The notes under the pieces: model-generated
The model's input: only the letters and a program-made list of their open reading frames with translations
What the model was told of the DNA's origin: nothing
Databases searched by the model: none
Source: a virus
Direction: 5' to 3' (one strand)
Virus record (IMG/VR): IMGVR_UViG_3300035670_000059
Location: 49,733-113,732 of that record
Length of the DNA stretch: 64,000 nt
Position numbers and translations under genes: made by a program
In this document: piece by piece, positions 10,421 to 19,650 of the stretch
How the letters are laid out: each line of letters opens with the position of its first letter
Position numbering within the stretch: the stretch's first letter is position 1

Positions 10421-10660
10421 ATGTCATTTACAGCAGCAAACATTATAGTAGGGGGTTCCAAAATTGAAGTGGAAACCCCCACTACTTCCTCCACCAACAA
10501 TTCTACTACTCTTGAGCTAACAGACAAAGAACTTGAGCTGTTACTATTAACCATTAAAAATGGTTTGTTTAGAGGAGAATACGTTGAAACCGTATACAAT
10601 CTAACTCTTAAGCTACAAAAACAGCTAGTAGATTTGAAATACAAAAACAACAAGCTATAA
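10421..10660 (+). CDS. Small hypothetical protein
   Basis: ATG 10421 follows the upstream stop and is preferred over 10376; C-term amphipathic helix. Confidence 0.55.
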   Translation: MSFTAANIIVGGSKIEVETPTTSSTNNSTTLELTDKELELLLLTIKNGLFRGEYVETVYNLTLKLQKQLVDLKYKNNKL

Positions 10661-10760
10661 CTAGAAGCAGAGTATCCAATATTTATAACTATATTATAGG
10701 CCCGTAAGGGAAGTGGACAGCACACATTTGCTGTAGCCAACCGTAATAAACAGATATAAA

Positions 10761-12323
10761 GTGCCAAATTGGAAAAAAGTTATAGTATCGGGCTCCGATG
10801 CTAGTTTAAACTCGCTAGAAGTAACCTCTGCTTTTACAGCATCTGGTTTAATATACCCCACAACAGACGGATTAGTCAATCAATCTATAGTAACAGATGG
10901 AGCAGGGAATTTATCATTTGGTAATCCCTATTCTGATAATACAATTGTTTACGGAAAAAATATTTCCGGAACTACTATACTAAAAGGCACCCCTTTATAT
11001 TTTACAGGTAGTGGAACAGCGGGCAACGTAGTAGGTGTATTTCCTGCAGATGCCGGTAATCCTGCTAGAATGCCTGCAGGAGGCATTGCGGGAGAGCAAT
11101 TATTGGATGAGGCTGAAGGTGTTATTTTATTAGATGGCTTTATTAACGGGGTAAATACATCAGCTTTTAACTCTGGAGACCCAGTATATGTAGCAGTAGG
11201 AGGTGGGTATACAAACATTAAACCTACCGGCTCAACTATTTTAATCCAAGCATTAGGATATGTAGAAAAATCCGCAATAAACGGTTCGGGAGTAATACAA
11301 GGTTCTGGTAGGGCAAATGACGTGCCCAACATTCAACAAGGATATACTTGGGTAGGAAATGCAGATGGTGTAGCAACACCTACTGCCACTTCTTCTTTTA
11401 GTGTAGCAAATGCAGTATCTGCCTCGTTTGCTACTAACGCATCAAGCTCTTTAATCGCTATTACAGCCTCTTACGCTCTATTTGCCGCAAACGGTGGTGG
11501 TGGAGGTGGAGGTGGCTCTACAGTAGTACATACCCAGTTAACAGCCTCAACTACGTGGAGTTTTTCCCACAATCTAAACACACAAACTCCACTACTACAA
11601 GTATACAATATAGGATACGAGCAAATTATACCAAACGAAATCGTTAGTATAAACGCGTTTACCTCCGAAATACGATTTGACTATACACAAGCAGGTTACG
11701 CTGTTGCCTCTACAGGTGGTAGTTTAGCAGTTACGGGTTCAACACCTCGTTTAGTACAAACAGTAGCAGCTACAACGTGGTCTTTTGCTCACAATCTAGG
11801 AACCAAATACCCAGGATTTGAAGTATTCGATTCGAACGATGATGTTGTAATACCAGCAGGCATTCACGTAGTGGACGAAAATAATGCAGAAATATATTTT
11901 GCACTTCCTTCTACAGGTGTAGCAATAGCAAACTTTAGTGGTATAGAGGGTGTATTCCCATCTTCATCTTTTGCGTTTACCGCTTCATACTCAGACCAAT
12001 TTAACATAGGTCAAACCCAAACTCAATACGCTACTGTTACCTCTTCTATAAACGGATCAAACACTGTCTTTACACAAGCAACAGGTTCGTACACCTCTGC
12101 TTTCTTCAAATACACAGTAACAAGTGGGTCTAATGCTCGTTCCGGAGAAATAATGTCGGTATGGAATGGAACAACTACAGCTTTTACAGACAACTCCACA
12201 ACAGATATAGGCACAACAACAGATGTAACATCTTCTGTTGCTATATCAGGTACAAACGTACAGTTAAACATGCAAACCAATACCGAGGGTTGGAGAATAA
12301 AATCAATAGCAACATTTATGTAA
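10761..12323 (+). CDS. Tail fibre/structural protein (GTG start)
   Basis: MPNWKKVIVSGS N-term; poly-Gly hinge; two TWSF.HNL repeats. Confidence 0.65.
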   Translation: MPNWKKVIVSGSDASLNSLEVTSAFTASGLIYPTTDGLVNQSIVTDGAGNLSFGNPYSDNTIVYGKNISGTTILKGTPLYFTGSGTAGNVVGVFPADAGNPARMPAGGIAGEQLLDEAEGVILLDGFINGVNTSAFNSGDPVYVAVGGGYTNIKPTGSTILIQALGYVEKSAINGSGVIQGSGRANDVPNIQQGYTWVGNADGVATPTATSSFSVANAVSASFATNASSSLIAITASYALFAANGGGGGGGGSTVVHTQLTASTTWSFSHNLNTQTPLLQVYNIGYEQIIPNEIVSINAFTSEIRFDYTQAGYAVASTGGSLAVTGSTPRLVQTVAATTWSFAHNLGTKYPGFEVFDSNDDVVIPAGIHVVDENNAEIYFALPSTGVAIANFSGIEGVFPSSSFAFTASYSDQFNIGQTQTQYATVTSSINGSNTVFTQATGSYTSAFFKYTVTSGSNARSGEIMSVWNGTTTAFTDNSTTDIGTTTDVTSSVAISGTNVQLNMQTNTEGWRIKSIATFM

Positions 12324-12332
12324 ATATAAAAT

Positions 12333-14531
12333 ATGTTAATAAATTCACCAAATATATCAGGTTCGTTAACGGTAACAGGCAATACTGTTATAACGGGATC
12401 TTTAACTGTACTAGGCGGTATAAACGCAACCATTACAGGATCTGCTACAAGTGCCTCATACGTTGAGTATAGCAATGTAGCTAATAAACCTGCGTTAGTA
12501 TCAAGTTCGGCTCAAATTGTAGGATACAATATATTTGCTACTACTGGTTCAAACCAATTTAATGGGAGCCAAGCCATAACTGGTTCTTTGACTGTAACAG
12601 GACAAGTAGTTGCTCAAACCTTGAATGTACAACAGGTAACTTCTAGTATAGTATATTCTAGTGGAAGTAATATATTTGGAAATAGTTTAAGCAATACACA
12701 ACAGTTTACTGGAAGTGTGTCTGTAACTGGGAGTTTAACAGTGAATGGAACGTCTGCTGTAACAGGAACTGGAACAACTAACTACTTGCCAAAGTTTACA
12801 GGTGCAAGTACGATTGGAAATAGTACAATAACCGATAATGGAACGACTGTTAGTGTTTTAAATAGTGCTTATACTGACGTTTTAAGAGTTGGCTCTACAT
12901 CAAACTCGATTTATTTCTATCCAGATGGAGGCTCAGTTAACATAATGACTGGTACAGGATTTTCAGGTACTGGAATAACGTTTGCTAGTGGTTCTAATTA
13001 CTTAGACTTTAATACTAACTCGCTAACAAGAATGCGCATCACCTCAGGTGGTAATATTGGTATAGGTACAACTAGCCCAATAGGGCCTTTAGATATAGCT
13101 GTTCCCGCAACTGGTTCCGCAATTGCTGCAACAACTTCTCAACAAGCATATAATTTTTCAAGATTTAGAATAAAACATTATACAGATTCAAATCTTGGAT
13201 TATCTATAGGATATGCAGGTGCTAACTTTACATACATCCAAGCTTGCTATAATGAAGGTAGTGTAGCACCCCTATTAATAAATCCTTTTGGAGGTAATGT
13301 AAGCATAGGCACGGCTAGTCCTTCAGCAACTCTTCATGTAGTTAGAGCAAATGATGGAGGCTCAGGAACACCTGGAGTGATTTTATCTACAGCTAATGGA
13401 GCAAATGATATTGTAAGATTCCAAGATGGAACTACTACTGTTGCTGTAGTAAAAAATAGTGGTAATATTGGTGTAGGAGTTGCTAGTCCAACTGGGAGCT
13501 TACAAGTAAGCAATGGAACACTTGGTCTTAATTTACAAGCTCATGTTGTAAATATTACTGGTAATAATTATTCAAGTGCAACTATTGGTATATATGATGC
13601 AGCCTCATTAGCTGCAAATACTGGTGGTGGAATTAATTTTGGTGCATTTTATACTTCTACACAATTCACAGAATTTGCATATATAAGAACAAATAAAGAT
13701 ACTGCTACATCTGGGGAATATGGGGGTTCATTAATATTTGCAACAAGACCAAATGGTGGGAGTGTAACTGAACGCATGCGCATCACCTCAGTCGGCAACG
13801 TGCTGATTGGGACAACAACAGATAATGGGGTAGGTAAATTACAAGTAAGTGGTAGAACATTTTTAGATAATGGTACTGGCAACGCTTTATCTATTGATAC
13901 AACTGTAGCAGATACTACTACAAGAGATGCTATTTATTTAGTTGAAAATGACGGTCAAGCAACAGGACGTCAAGCTATTTCTTGGTATAATGAAAACCAA
14001 ACCTACTATAAAGCAAGACTGTGGACTCAAGTAGGATCTAGTTATAACGCTACAGTATTTGGGATTGATGCAGCTGATGATACTAGGAGTGTAGATACTA
14101 GATTGGCAATTAGAAACGGTTATGTTTTTATGCCATCTTTAACTACAGGGACAGGTATTGATGATTTAGGATGGTGGTCGAGTTCAGGTACTACTTGGGG
14201 TTTTAATGGAATGTTGATGCGCATATCTTCATCAGCACGATACAAAAAGAATATTAGAGATTTAGAACTAGATACTTCAAAAATATTTGATTTAAGAACT
14301 ATCTCCTTTGAAAATAATGAACTTACTGCAACAGACGGTATTACAAGTTTTGGACTACTTGCTGAAGACGTAGCCGAAAAAATACCAATGCTAGCTACAT
14401 ATAATGAAGCTGGGCAGCCTGAAGGAGTTCAATACAAAATGTTAGCAGTTCTTTTGCTTGAAGAAATGAAAAAAATAAAAGCAGAAAACGACAACCTAAA
14501 ATCCAGACTAGAGATTTTAGAACAATCTTAA
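12333..14531 (+). CDS. Tail fibre with C-terminal S74 intramolecular chaperone
   Basis: GNIGIGT repeats; SSARYKKNI..GLLAEDV; terminal coiled coil. Confidence 0.85.
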   Translation: MLINSPNISGSLTVTGNTVITGSLTVLGGINATITGSATSASYVEYSNVANKPALVSSSAQIVGYNIFATTGSNQFNGSQAITGSLTVTGQVVAQTLNVQQVTSSIVYSSGSNIFGNSLSNTQQFTGSVSVTGSLTVNGTSAVTGTGTTNYLPKFTGASTIGNSTITDNGTTVSVLNSAYTDVLRVGSTSNSIYFYPDGGSVNIMTGTGFSGTGITFASGSNYLDFNTNSLTRMRITSGGNIGIGTTSPIGPLDIAVPATGSAIAATTSQQAYNFSRFRIKHYTDSNLGLSIGYAGANFTYIQACYNEGSVAPLLINPFGGNVSIGTASPSATLHVVRANDGGSGTPGVILSTANGANDIVRFQDGTTTVAVVKNSGNIGVGVASPTGSLQVSNGTLGLNLQAHVVNITGNNYSSATIGIYDAASLAANTGGGINFGAFYTSTQFTEFAYIRTNKDTATSGEYGGSLIFATRPNGGSVTERMRITSVGNVLIGTTTDNGVGKLQVSGRTFLDNGTGNALSIDTTVADTTTRDAIYLVENDGQATGRQAISWYNENQTYYKARLWTQVGSSYNATVFGIDAADDTRSVDTRLAIRNGYVFMPSLTTGTGIDDLGWWSSSGTTWGFNGMLMRISSSARYKKNIRDLELDTSKIFDLRTISFENNELTATDGITSFGLLAEDVAEKIPMLATYNEAGQPEGVQYKMLAVLLLEEMKKIKAENDNLKSRLEILEQS
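12534..12750 (+). repeat. Shared ~70-codon fibre core block (also ~16271-16450, 18157-18370, 19981-20195, 22197-22410)
   Basis: FATTGSNQFNGSQ.TGSLTVTGQVVAQTLNVQQVTSSIVYSSGSN.FGNS..NTQQFTGS is near-identical in five genes. Confidence 0.95.
13032..13047 (+). repeat. 16-mer ATGCG(C/T)ATCACCTCAG, 8 copies (13032, 13776, 17264, 20734, 21031, 22926, 23295, 23529)
   Basis: Read directly; encodes MRITS at fibre module junctions. Confidence 0.95.
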
Positions 14532-14568
14532 AAATATTTATAAACATAAAACACAAACACACAACACT

Positions 14569-14913
14569 ATGGCACTAACTTACAATTGGGTAGTATCTTC
14601 AATGGAAGAATATCCCACCACAGGCAGCTTAACCGATGTAGTATTTAACGTACATTGGAGAAGAAATGCAACAGAAACAGTAGATGATAAGCAATACTAT
14701 GCGGACATATACGGTTCACTTTCCGTACCTGCTCCATCTCCAGAAGACTTTACCCCGTACGAAGATCTCACATTCGAGCAAGTATGTGGATGGTTGGAAG
14801 CAGGAATGGATGTTGAGGCTTTAAACACAAATCTAGCTGCTCAAATTGAAAGACAAATCAACCCACCAGTAGTATCTTTACCATTGCCTTGGGTTTCTGG
14901 AAGCGTTATCTAA
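14569..14913 (+). CDS. Tail-fibre-associated small protein (paralog of 21569)
   Basis: YNW.V..ME..P..GSLTDVV..VHWRR..FTPYEDLT..V.GW..LPLPW pattern shared with 21569. Confidence 0.65.
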   Translation: MALTYNWVVSSMEEYPTTGSLTDVVFNVHWRRNATETVDDKQYYADIYGSLSVPAPSPEDFTPYEDLTFEQVCGWLEAGMDVEALNTNLAAQIERQINPPVVSLPLPWVSGSVI

Positions 14914-14924
14914 ACTATTAAAAC

Positions 14925-15098
14925 ATGCAATACTACGTTTTAAAGCAATTCCTACCCGGTACACAGATATGGGTATGGAAATTGAACGAGGAAGATACAG
15001 GATATGTCTTTGACACCGAACAAGAAGCCGAAGATATGTGTATTACTTTAAAGGAGCAAGACCCGTCTCGCGACTATAAGGTATCTACATCCATCTAA
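14925..15098 (+). CDS. 57-aa hypothetical protein (not in ORF track)
   Basis: MQYYVLKQFLPGTQIWVWKLNEEDTG...VSTSI*; A-rich leader; fills the intergenic gap. Confidence 0.65.
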   Translation: MQYYVLKQFLPGTQIWVWKLNEEDTGYVFDTEQEAEDMCITLKEQDPSRDYKVSTSI

Positions 15099-15160
15099 AC
15101 ACTATATATTTATCACAAATAGGTTGTGTTCCTTTTGGACAGTGAAAAAAGGCATATAAT

Positions 15161-17908
15161 ATGGCAAACGAATTTATAGCAAGAAAGGGTATTATATCCC
15201 TTGATGGTGCTCAAGTAACCGGCTCTTTATCCGTAACCGGCAACATTTCAGCCTCAATCTTTACAGGCTCATTTGTAGGAGATGGTTCCCAATTAAGTGG
15301 AATAGAAGGATTTCCGTTCACAGGCTCTGCAGGCATAACAGGCTCACTAACAGTAGTGGGCCCCGTTAATGCTACCACATTTACAGGAGACGGTTCCCAA
15401 CTTACAGGTATAGAAGGATTTCCATTTACAGGCTCCGCAGACATAACAGGCTCGCTTACAGTAGTAGGACCAGTTAACGCTACTTCTTTTACAGGTTCGC
15501 TACAAGGAACAGCAACATCTGCTTCCTATATCCAACTTGCAAATATAGATGGATTTACCGCATATTCCTCTTCGGTCAACACTGCTATTGACAGCGTGTT
15601 GGATGCAACAACTCCGCTAACTGCCACGGTAAATACCGGAAGTTCTCCATTTACCTTAACGAGCCAAAGCATTGTAGTAGCCGATAGTACAAATGGAAAC
15701 TTAACTATCAACCTACCAGACTTAAACACTATAGTTGGAACGCCAAACCAAAAACCAATTGTAGTATATAAAAACGACTATTCGCAAAACGTAATATACG
15801 TTAATCCTAGTGGTTCCCAACTAGTAAATGGGGCAAGCCAAGATATAATCGTAAGTATACAACTTGCGGTAATTTACAATCCAACAAGTGCGGGATGGGT
15901 AACGGAAGGTACTTCGGCCCAAAGTTTAGCGGAACTAGAACTATTTTTTCTTCCGTTAACAGAAACGGGTTCGCTTGCAACAACGGGTTCAAATGTATTT
16001 ATTGGAAACCAAACCATAACCGGTTCTTTAACAGTAACCGGAGGTATAAACGCAACCATAACAGGTTCAGCTGCTTCAGCTTCCTATGTAGAATATGCTA
16101 ACGTGGCAAATAAGCCTACGTTGGTATCAGGATCTGCTCAAATATCGTTTAACGGTATAACAGACAAACCAACACTTGTATCTGGTTCTTCTCAAGTAAG
16201 CTATACAGGATTATCCGATATACCCGCTAGTATAGTGTCTAGCTCAACTCAAATCACAGGATACAATATATTTGCTACTACGGGTTCTAACCAGTTCAAT
16301 GGTAGCCAAGCTATAACTGGCTCACTTACTGTAACTGGTCAAGTTGTAGCTCAAACTTTAAACGTACAACAGGTAACTTCTAGTATTGTGTATTCAAGCG
16401 GGTCCAATGTGTTTGGAAACAGTTTATCTAACACTCAACAATTTACTGGTTCTTTACAGGTAAGTGGTTCATCACATAATATATTAGGAAATGTTGGTAT
16501 AGGTCCTACTGGAACCCCAGTATCCGAACTACAAGTTGGTAAATCAAGTGATGTAACCATTGCAATGTCCAATTCAAGTTCTGTTACAAGCGGTAATAGA
16601 GGGAGCTTAGCATGGTACAATTCAAGCAACTCAACTGTTGCTAATATTAAAGCAACTGCAGTTACCGACAACGTAGGCACACAATTAGAGTTTTACACAA
16701 GACCGGCTGCTGGTTCTCTTACTCAAGTGTTAACCATATCCTCCACAGGTGCAGCTACCTTTAATACAACTACCGATACCACATCAATTTCAATGTTAAG
16801 CACTGGGACTGCAAGTGGATTAAGACTACAAAATACAGGTGGCACTGCATCAGATTGGATAATTCAAAGTGATGGGGGTGCAGTAGCTGGGCAAGCAGCA
16901 TTAAGATTTTATTCAATTACAGCAACTGCTTATAGAATGTCTATTGATGGATCTGGTAATGTTGGTATAGGCACTACTAGTCCAGGATATGATGGTGCCG
17001 GATATGGAGCAGTAAGATATGTAACTATAAACAATGCTTCAGGTACAGGTAGTAACTTAGAACTAGCAACAGGCACTACTGCCAATGATGGCTATATAGG
17101 TGCAATTGATTTTATTAACACTTCTAATACAGGTGCACCAGGTGCAGGCAGATATGGAATTGCTTCAATTAGAGCATATACAACTAATGCAAGTGCAACA
17201 AATACAGGAGGAGGATATTTAACATTCAACACTAAAGCAGATGGTGGAAGCGGAGCAGAAAGAATGCGCATCACCTCAGGAGGGGAAGTATCAATCACTG
17301 GAATTAATTTAACAGTTGGTACTGGCGGAGGTGCAGGTACACTTAATTTAGACCAATCTACAGTTAGAAGATGGAAACTAAGTTCAGGTGGAATTACTTC
17401 GGGGGTTTTTAGTATAATTAATGGGAGTGACGATTCTCCTGCATTAAATATTAGTAGCTCAAATATAGTATCTTTCTATATTGGGGGTGGTTTTGCAAAC
17501 CAAACAACTTTAGATGCTAATACTCGTTTTCAAGGTCCAAATATTTCTGTAGCAGCAGCTAAAGCATATGCTTGGAATACCTATTCAGACCAAAGAATTA
17601 AGGAAAATATAAATCCTTTACCTTATGGCTTAAACGAAATACTACAATTAAATCCTGTTTCATATAATCAGCACGATTCAGAAGTAATTGATAGTGAAAT
17701 AGTATTAAAAGAAACATATAAATCAACAATTGGATTAATTGCACAGGAAGTTAATGATTTTATACCTGAAGCTGTAGGTATTGGAAATGATACTGAACTT
17801 TGGGGATTAGATTATAACAAAATAGTCCCAGTCCTTGTCAAAGCCATCCAAGAACAACAAGCCCAAATCGAATCCCTTAAAGCCGAAATACAAACACTAA
17901 AACAATGA
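15161..17908 (+). CDS. Long tail fibre with S74 chaperone
   Basis: Fibre repeats; YSDQRIKENI..GLIAQEV..LDYNKIVPVLVKAIQE. Confidence 0.88.
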   Translation: MANEFIARKGIISLDGAQVTGSLSVTGNISASIFTGSFVGDGSQLSGIEGFPFTGSAGITGSLTVVGPVNATTFTGDGSQLTGIEGFPFTGSADITGSLTVVGPVNATSFTGSLQGTATSASYIQLANIDGFTAYSSSVNTAIDSVLDATTPLTATVNTGSSPFTLTSQSIVVADSTNGNLTINLPDLNTIVGTPNQKPIVVYKNDYSQNVIYVNPSGSQLVNGASQDIIVSIQLAVIYNPTSAGWVTEGTSAQSLAELELFFLPLTETGSLATTGSNVFIGNQTITGSLTVTGGINATITGSAASASYVEYANVANKPTLVSGSAQISFNGITDKPTLVSGSSQVSYTGLSDIPASIVSSSTQITGYNIFATTGSNQFNGSQAITGSLTVTGQVVAQTLNVQQVTSSIVYSSGSNVFGNSLSNTQQFTGSLQVSGSSHNILGNVGIGPTGTPVSELQVGKSSDVTIAMSNSSSVTSGNRGSLAWYNSSNSTVANIKATAVTDNVGTQLEFYTRPAAGSLTQVLTISSTGAATFNTTTDTTSISMLSTGTASGLRLQNTGGTASDWIIQSDGGAVAGQAALRFYSITATAYRMSIDGSGNVGIGTTSPGYDGAGYGAVRYVTINNASGTGSNLELATGTTANDGYIGAIDFINTSNTGAPGAGRYGIASIRAYTTNASATNTGGGYLTFNTKADGGSGAERMRITSGGEVSITGINLTVGTGGGAGTLNLDQSTVRRWKLSSGGITSGVFSIINGSDDSPALNISSSNIVSFYIGGGFANQTTLDANTRFQGPNISVAAAKAYAWNTYSDQRIKENINPLPYGLNEILQLNPVSYNQHDSEVIDSEIVLKETYKSTIGLIAQEVNDFIPEAVGIGNDTELWGLDYNKIVPVLVKAIQEQQAQIESLKAEIQTLKQ
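15278..15493 (+). repeat. 108-bp in-frame tandem duplication
   Basis: GDGSQL.GIEGFPFTGSA.ITGSLTVVGPVNAT.FT twice (15278 and 15386). Confidence 0.9.
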
Positions 17909-19614
17909 GCTATTTAAAAGACAGAGAAATATGGTTAAGTAGTGTACCAACCGGTAATCCACCAGCAGGGTACGTTTGGGTATTTATCCAAAACGGTGTT
18001 TTCGTTGTACGAGACAGCAGTGGTGTAGATAAAATCATGGCTACTACCACGGGCACTGTTACGAACGCAACAAGTGCATCCTACGTTGAATATAGTAACG
18101 TAGCAAATAAACCCGCGTTGATTTCCAGTTCAGCTCAAATTGTAGGATACAATGTGTTTGCAACTACGGGTTCAAATCAATTTAATGGGAGCCAAGCTGT
18201 TACCGGGTCTTTGACTGTGACGGGACAGGTAGTTGCACAGACTTTAAACGTGCAACAAGTAACTTCTAGTATAGTATATTCAAGTGGGTCCAATGTGTTT
18301 GGAAACAGTTTATCCAATACACAACAGTTTACAGGTAGTATGTCTGTAACTGGAAGTATGACAGTGAATGGAGCAGGTACATTTGCAAGTAGTATAACGG
18401 CTGGAAACAATTTATTAATAAATAATCTTGCAGCATCCAAAAAAGGATACACATACCAAAGCCCAGCATCTAACTGGGGTCCACAAGTTTCGGGCTTATA
18501 TTTTACTCCAAATAATGCTGTTGATGCACAAACAACATTTACACTTGAGTTGTGGAATGGTGTCGGTTCAATAATAACACCTTTAACAATAACAGATACA
18601 GGCACATCTACCTTTACAGGTACAAGTGCTTCTCCTGTTTTAACATTATCAAATAGTACCGGGGGTACTAAAGCAGATTTTACAATTACAGAAAATACAG
18701 GCTTAATTGTTAATTCATACGAAAGCACATCAGCAAGAAGTATTGATTTTAGAGTTGCTGGAACATCTGCTTTATTAATAGCATCCTCAGGCGCAGCTAC
18801 CTTTTCGAGTAGTGTAACGGCTACAAGTTTAATTACGGGAACAGCTGGTGGTTCTTCTATTAACATTACAACAAATGGTAATAACGGAACATCTGGAAGT
18901 CCATTACAAACTAATCTTAATTTTTACGGATTCAACTCAAATTTAAATGGTCAAATACGAGTAGATGATATTGCGGGTACTGCACAAATTGGTACAATGA
19001 AATTTTACACTTGGAACTCAGGCCAAGTATTAGCACTAACATTAACTCAAACAGGTGCAGCTGCATTTTCAAGCACTATTGACTTAAGTGGTGCTATTAC
19101 TAATTTTGGAACAGGTACTGGAACATATACTAGATCTGTTTGGTATAATGATCCTACTAATCAAATCCTATTTGAAAATGCTAGACAAACTGATGATGCC
19201 AGCGGTACTGGTAGAACAGTATACTTTACTTGGAGAGGAGGACCTAGTGTAGGTGGAGGTGTTCAACTACAACATGGAACAAACGCTTGGGCAGCATACA
19301 CTTCAGATGCTCGACTTAAAACCAAAGTAGCTGATGTTGAAAATGGTATAGAGGTTGTAATGAGATTAAACCCAATTAAATTTAAATGGAGTAGAGAACT
19401 AGAAAATAGTAGAACAGTAACAGGATTTACAGCTCAAAACGTTGAAGAAGCAATACCTGATGCGGTATTTAATTCATGGCAGGATGAAGAATTAGGTGAT
19501 GTAAAATCATACTACTCAGACTATTTAATTCCTTATCTAGTAAAAGCTATCCAAGAACTCAAATCCGAAAACGACAACCTAAAATCCAGACTAGAAGTTC
19601 TAGAACAATCCTAA
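17905..19614 (+). CDS. Tail fibre with S74 chaperone
   Basis: TSDARLKTKV..GFTAQNVE..LIPYLVKAIQE. Confidence 0.88.
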   Translation: MSYLKDREIWLSSVPTGNPPAGYVWVFIQNGVFVVRDSSGVDKIMATTTGTVTNATSASYVEYSNVANKPALISSSAQIVGYNVFATTGSNQFNGSQAVTGSLTVTGQVVAQTLNVQQVTSSIVYSSGSNVFGNSLSNTQQFTGSMSVTGSMTVNGAGTFASSITAGNNLLINNLAASKKGYTYQSPASNWGPQVSGLYFTPNNAVDAQTTFTLELWNGVGSIITPLTITDTGTSTFTGTSASPVLTLSNSTGGTKADFTITENTGLIVNSYESTSARSIDFRVAGTSALLIASSGAATFSSSVTATSLITGTAGGSSINITTNGNNGTSGSPLQTNLNFYGFNSNLNGQIRVDDIAGTAQIGTMKFYTWNSGQVLALTLTQTGAAAFSSTIDLSGAITNFGTGTGTYTRSVWYNDPTNQILFENARQTDDASGTGRTVYFTWRGGPSVGGGVQLQHGTNAWAAYTSDARLKTKVADVENGIEVVMRLNPIKFKWSRELENSRTVTGFTAQNVEEAIPDAVFNSWQDEELGDVKSYYSDYLIPYLVKAIQELKSENDNLKSRLEVLEQS

Positions 19615-19650
19615 AAATATTTATACGAAGAATACAGTAAACAAGACCTA

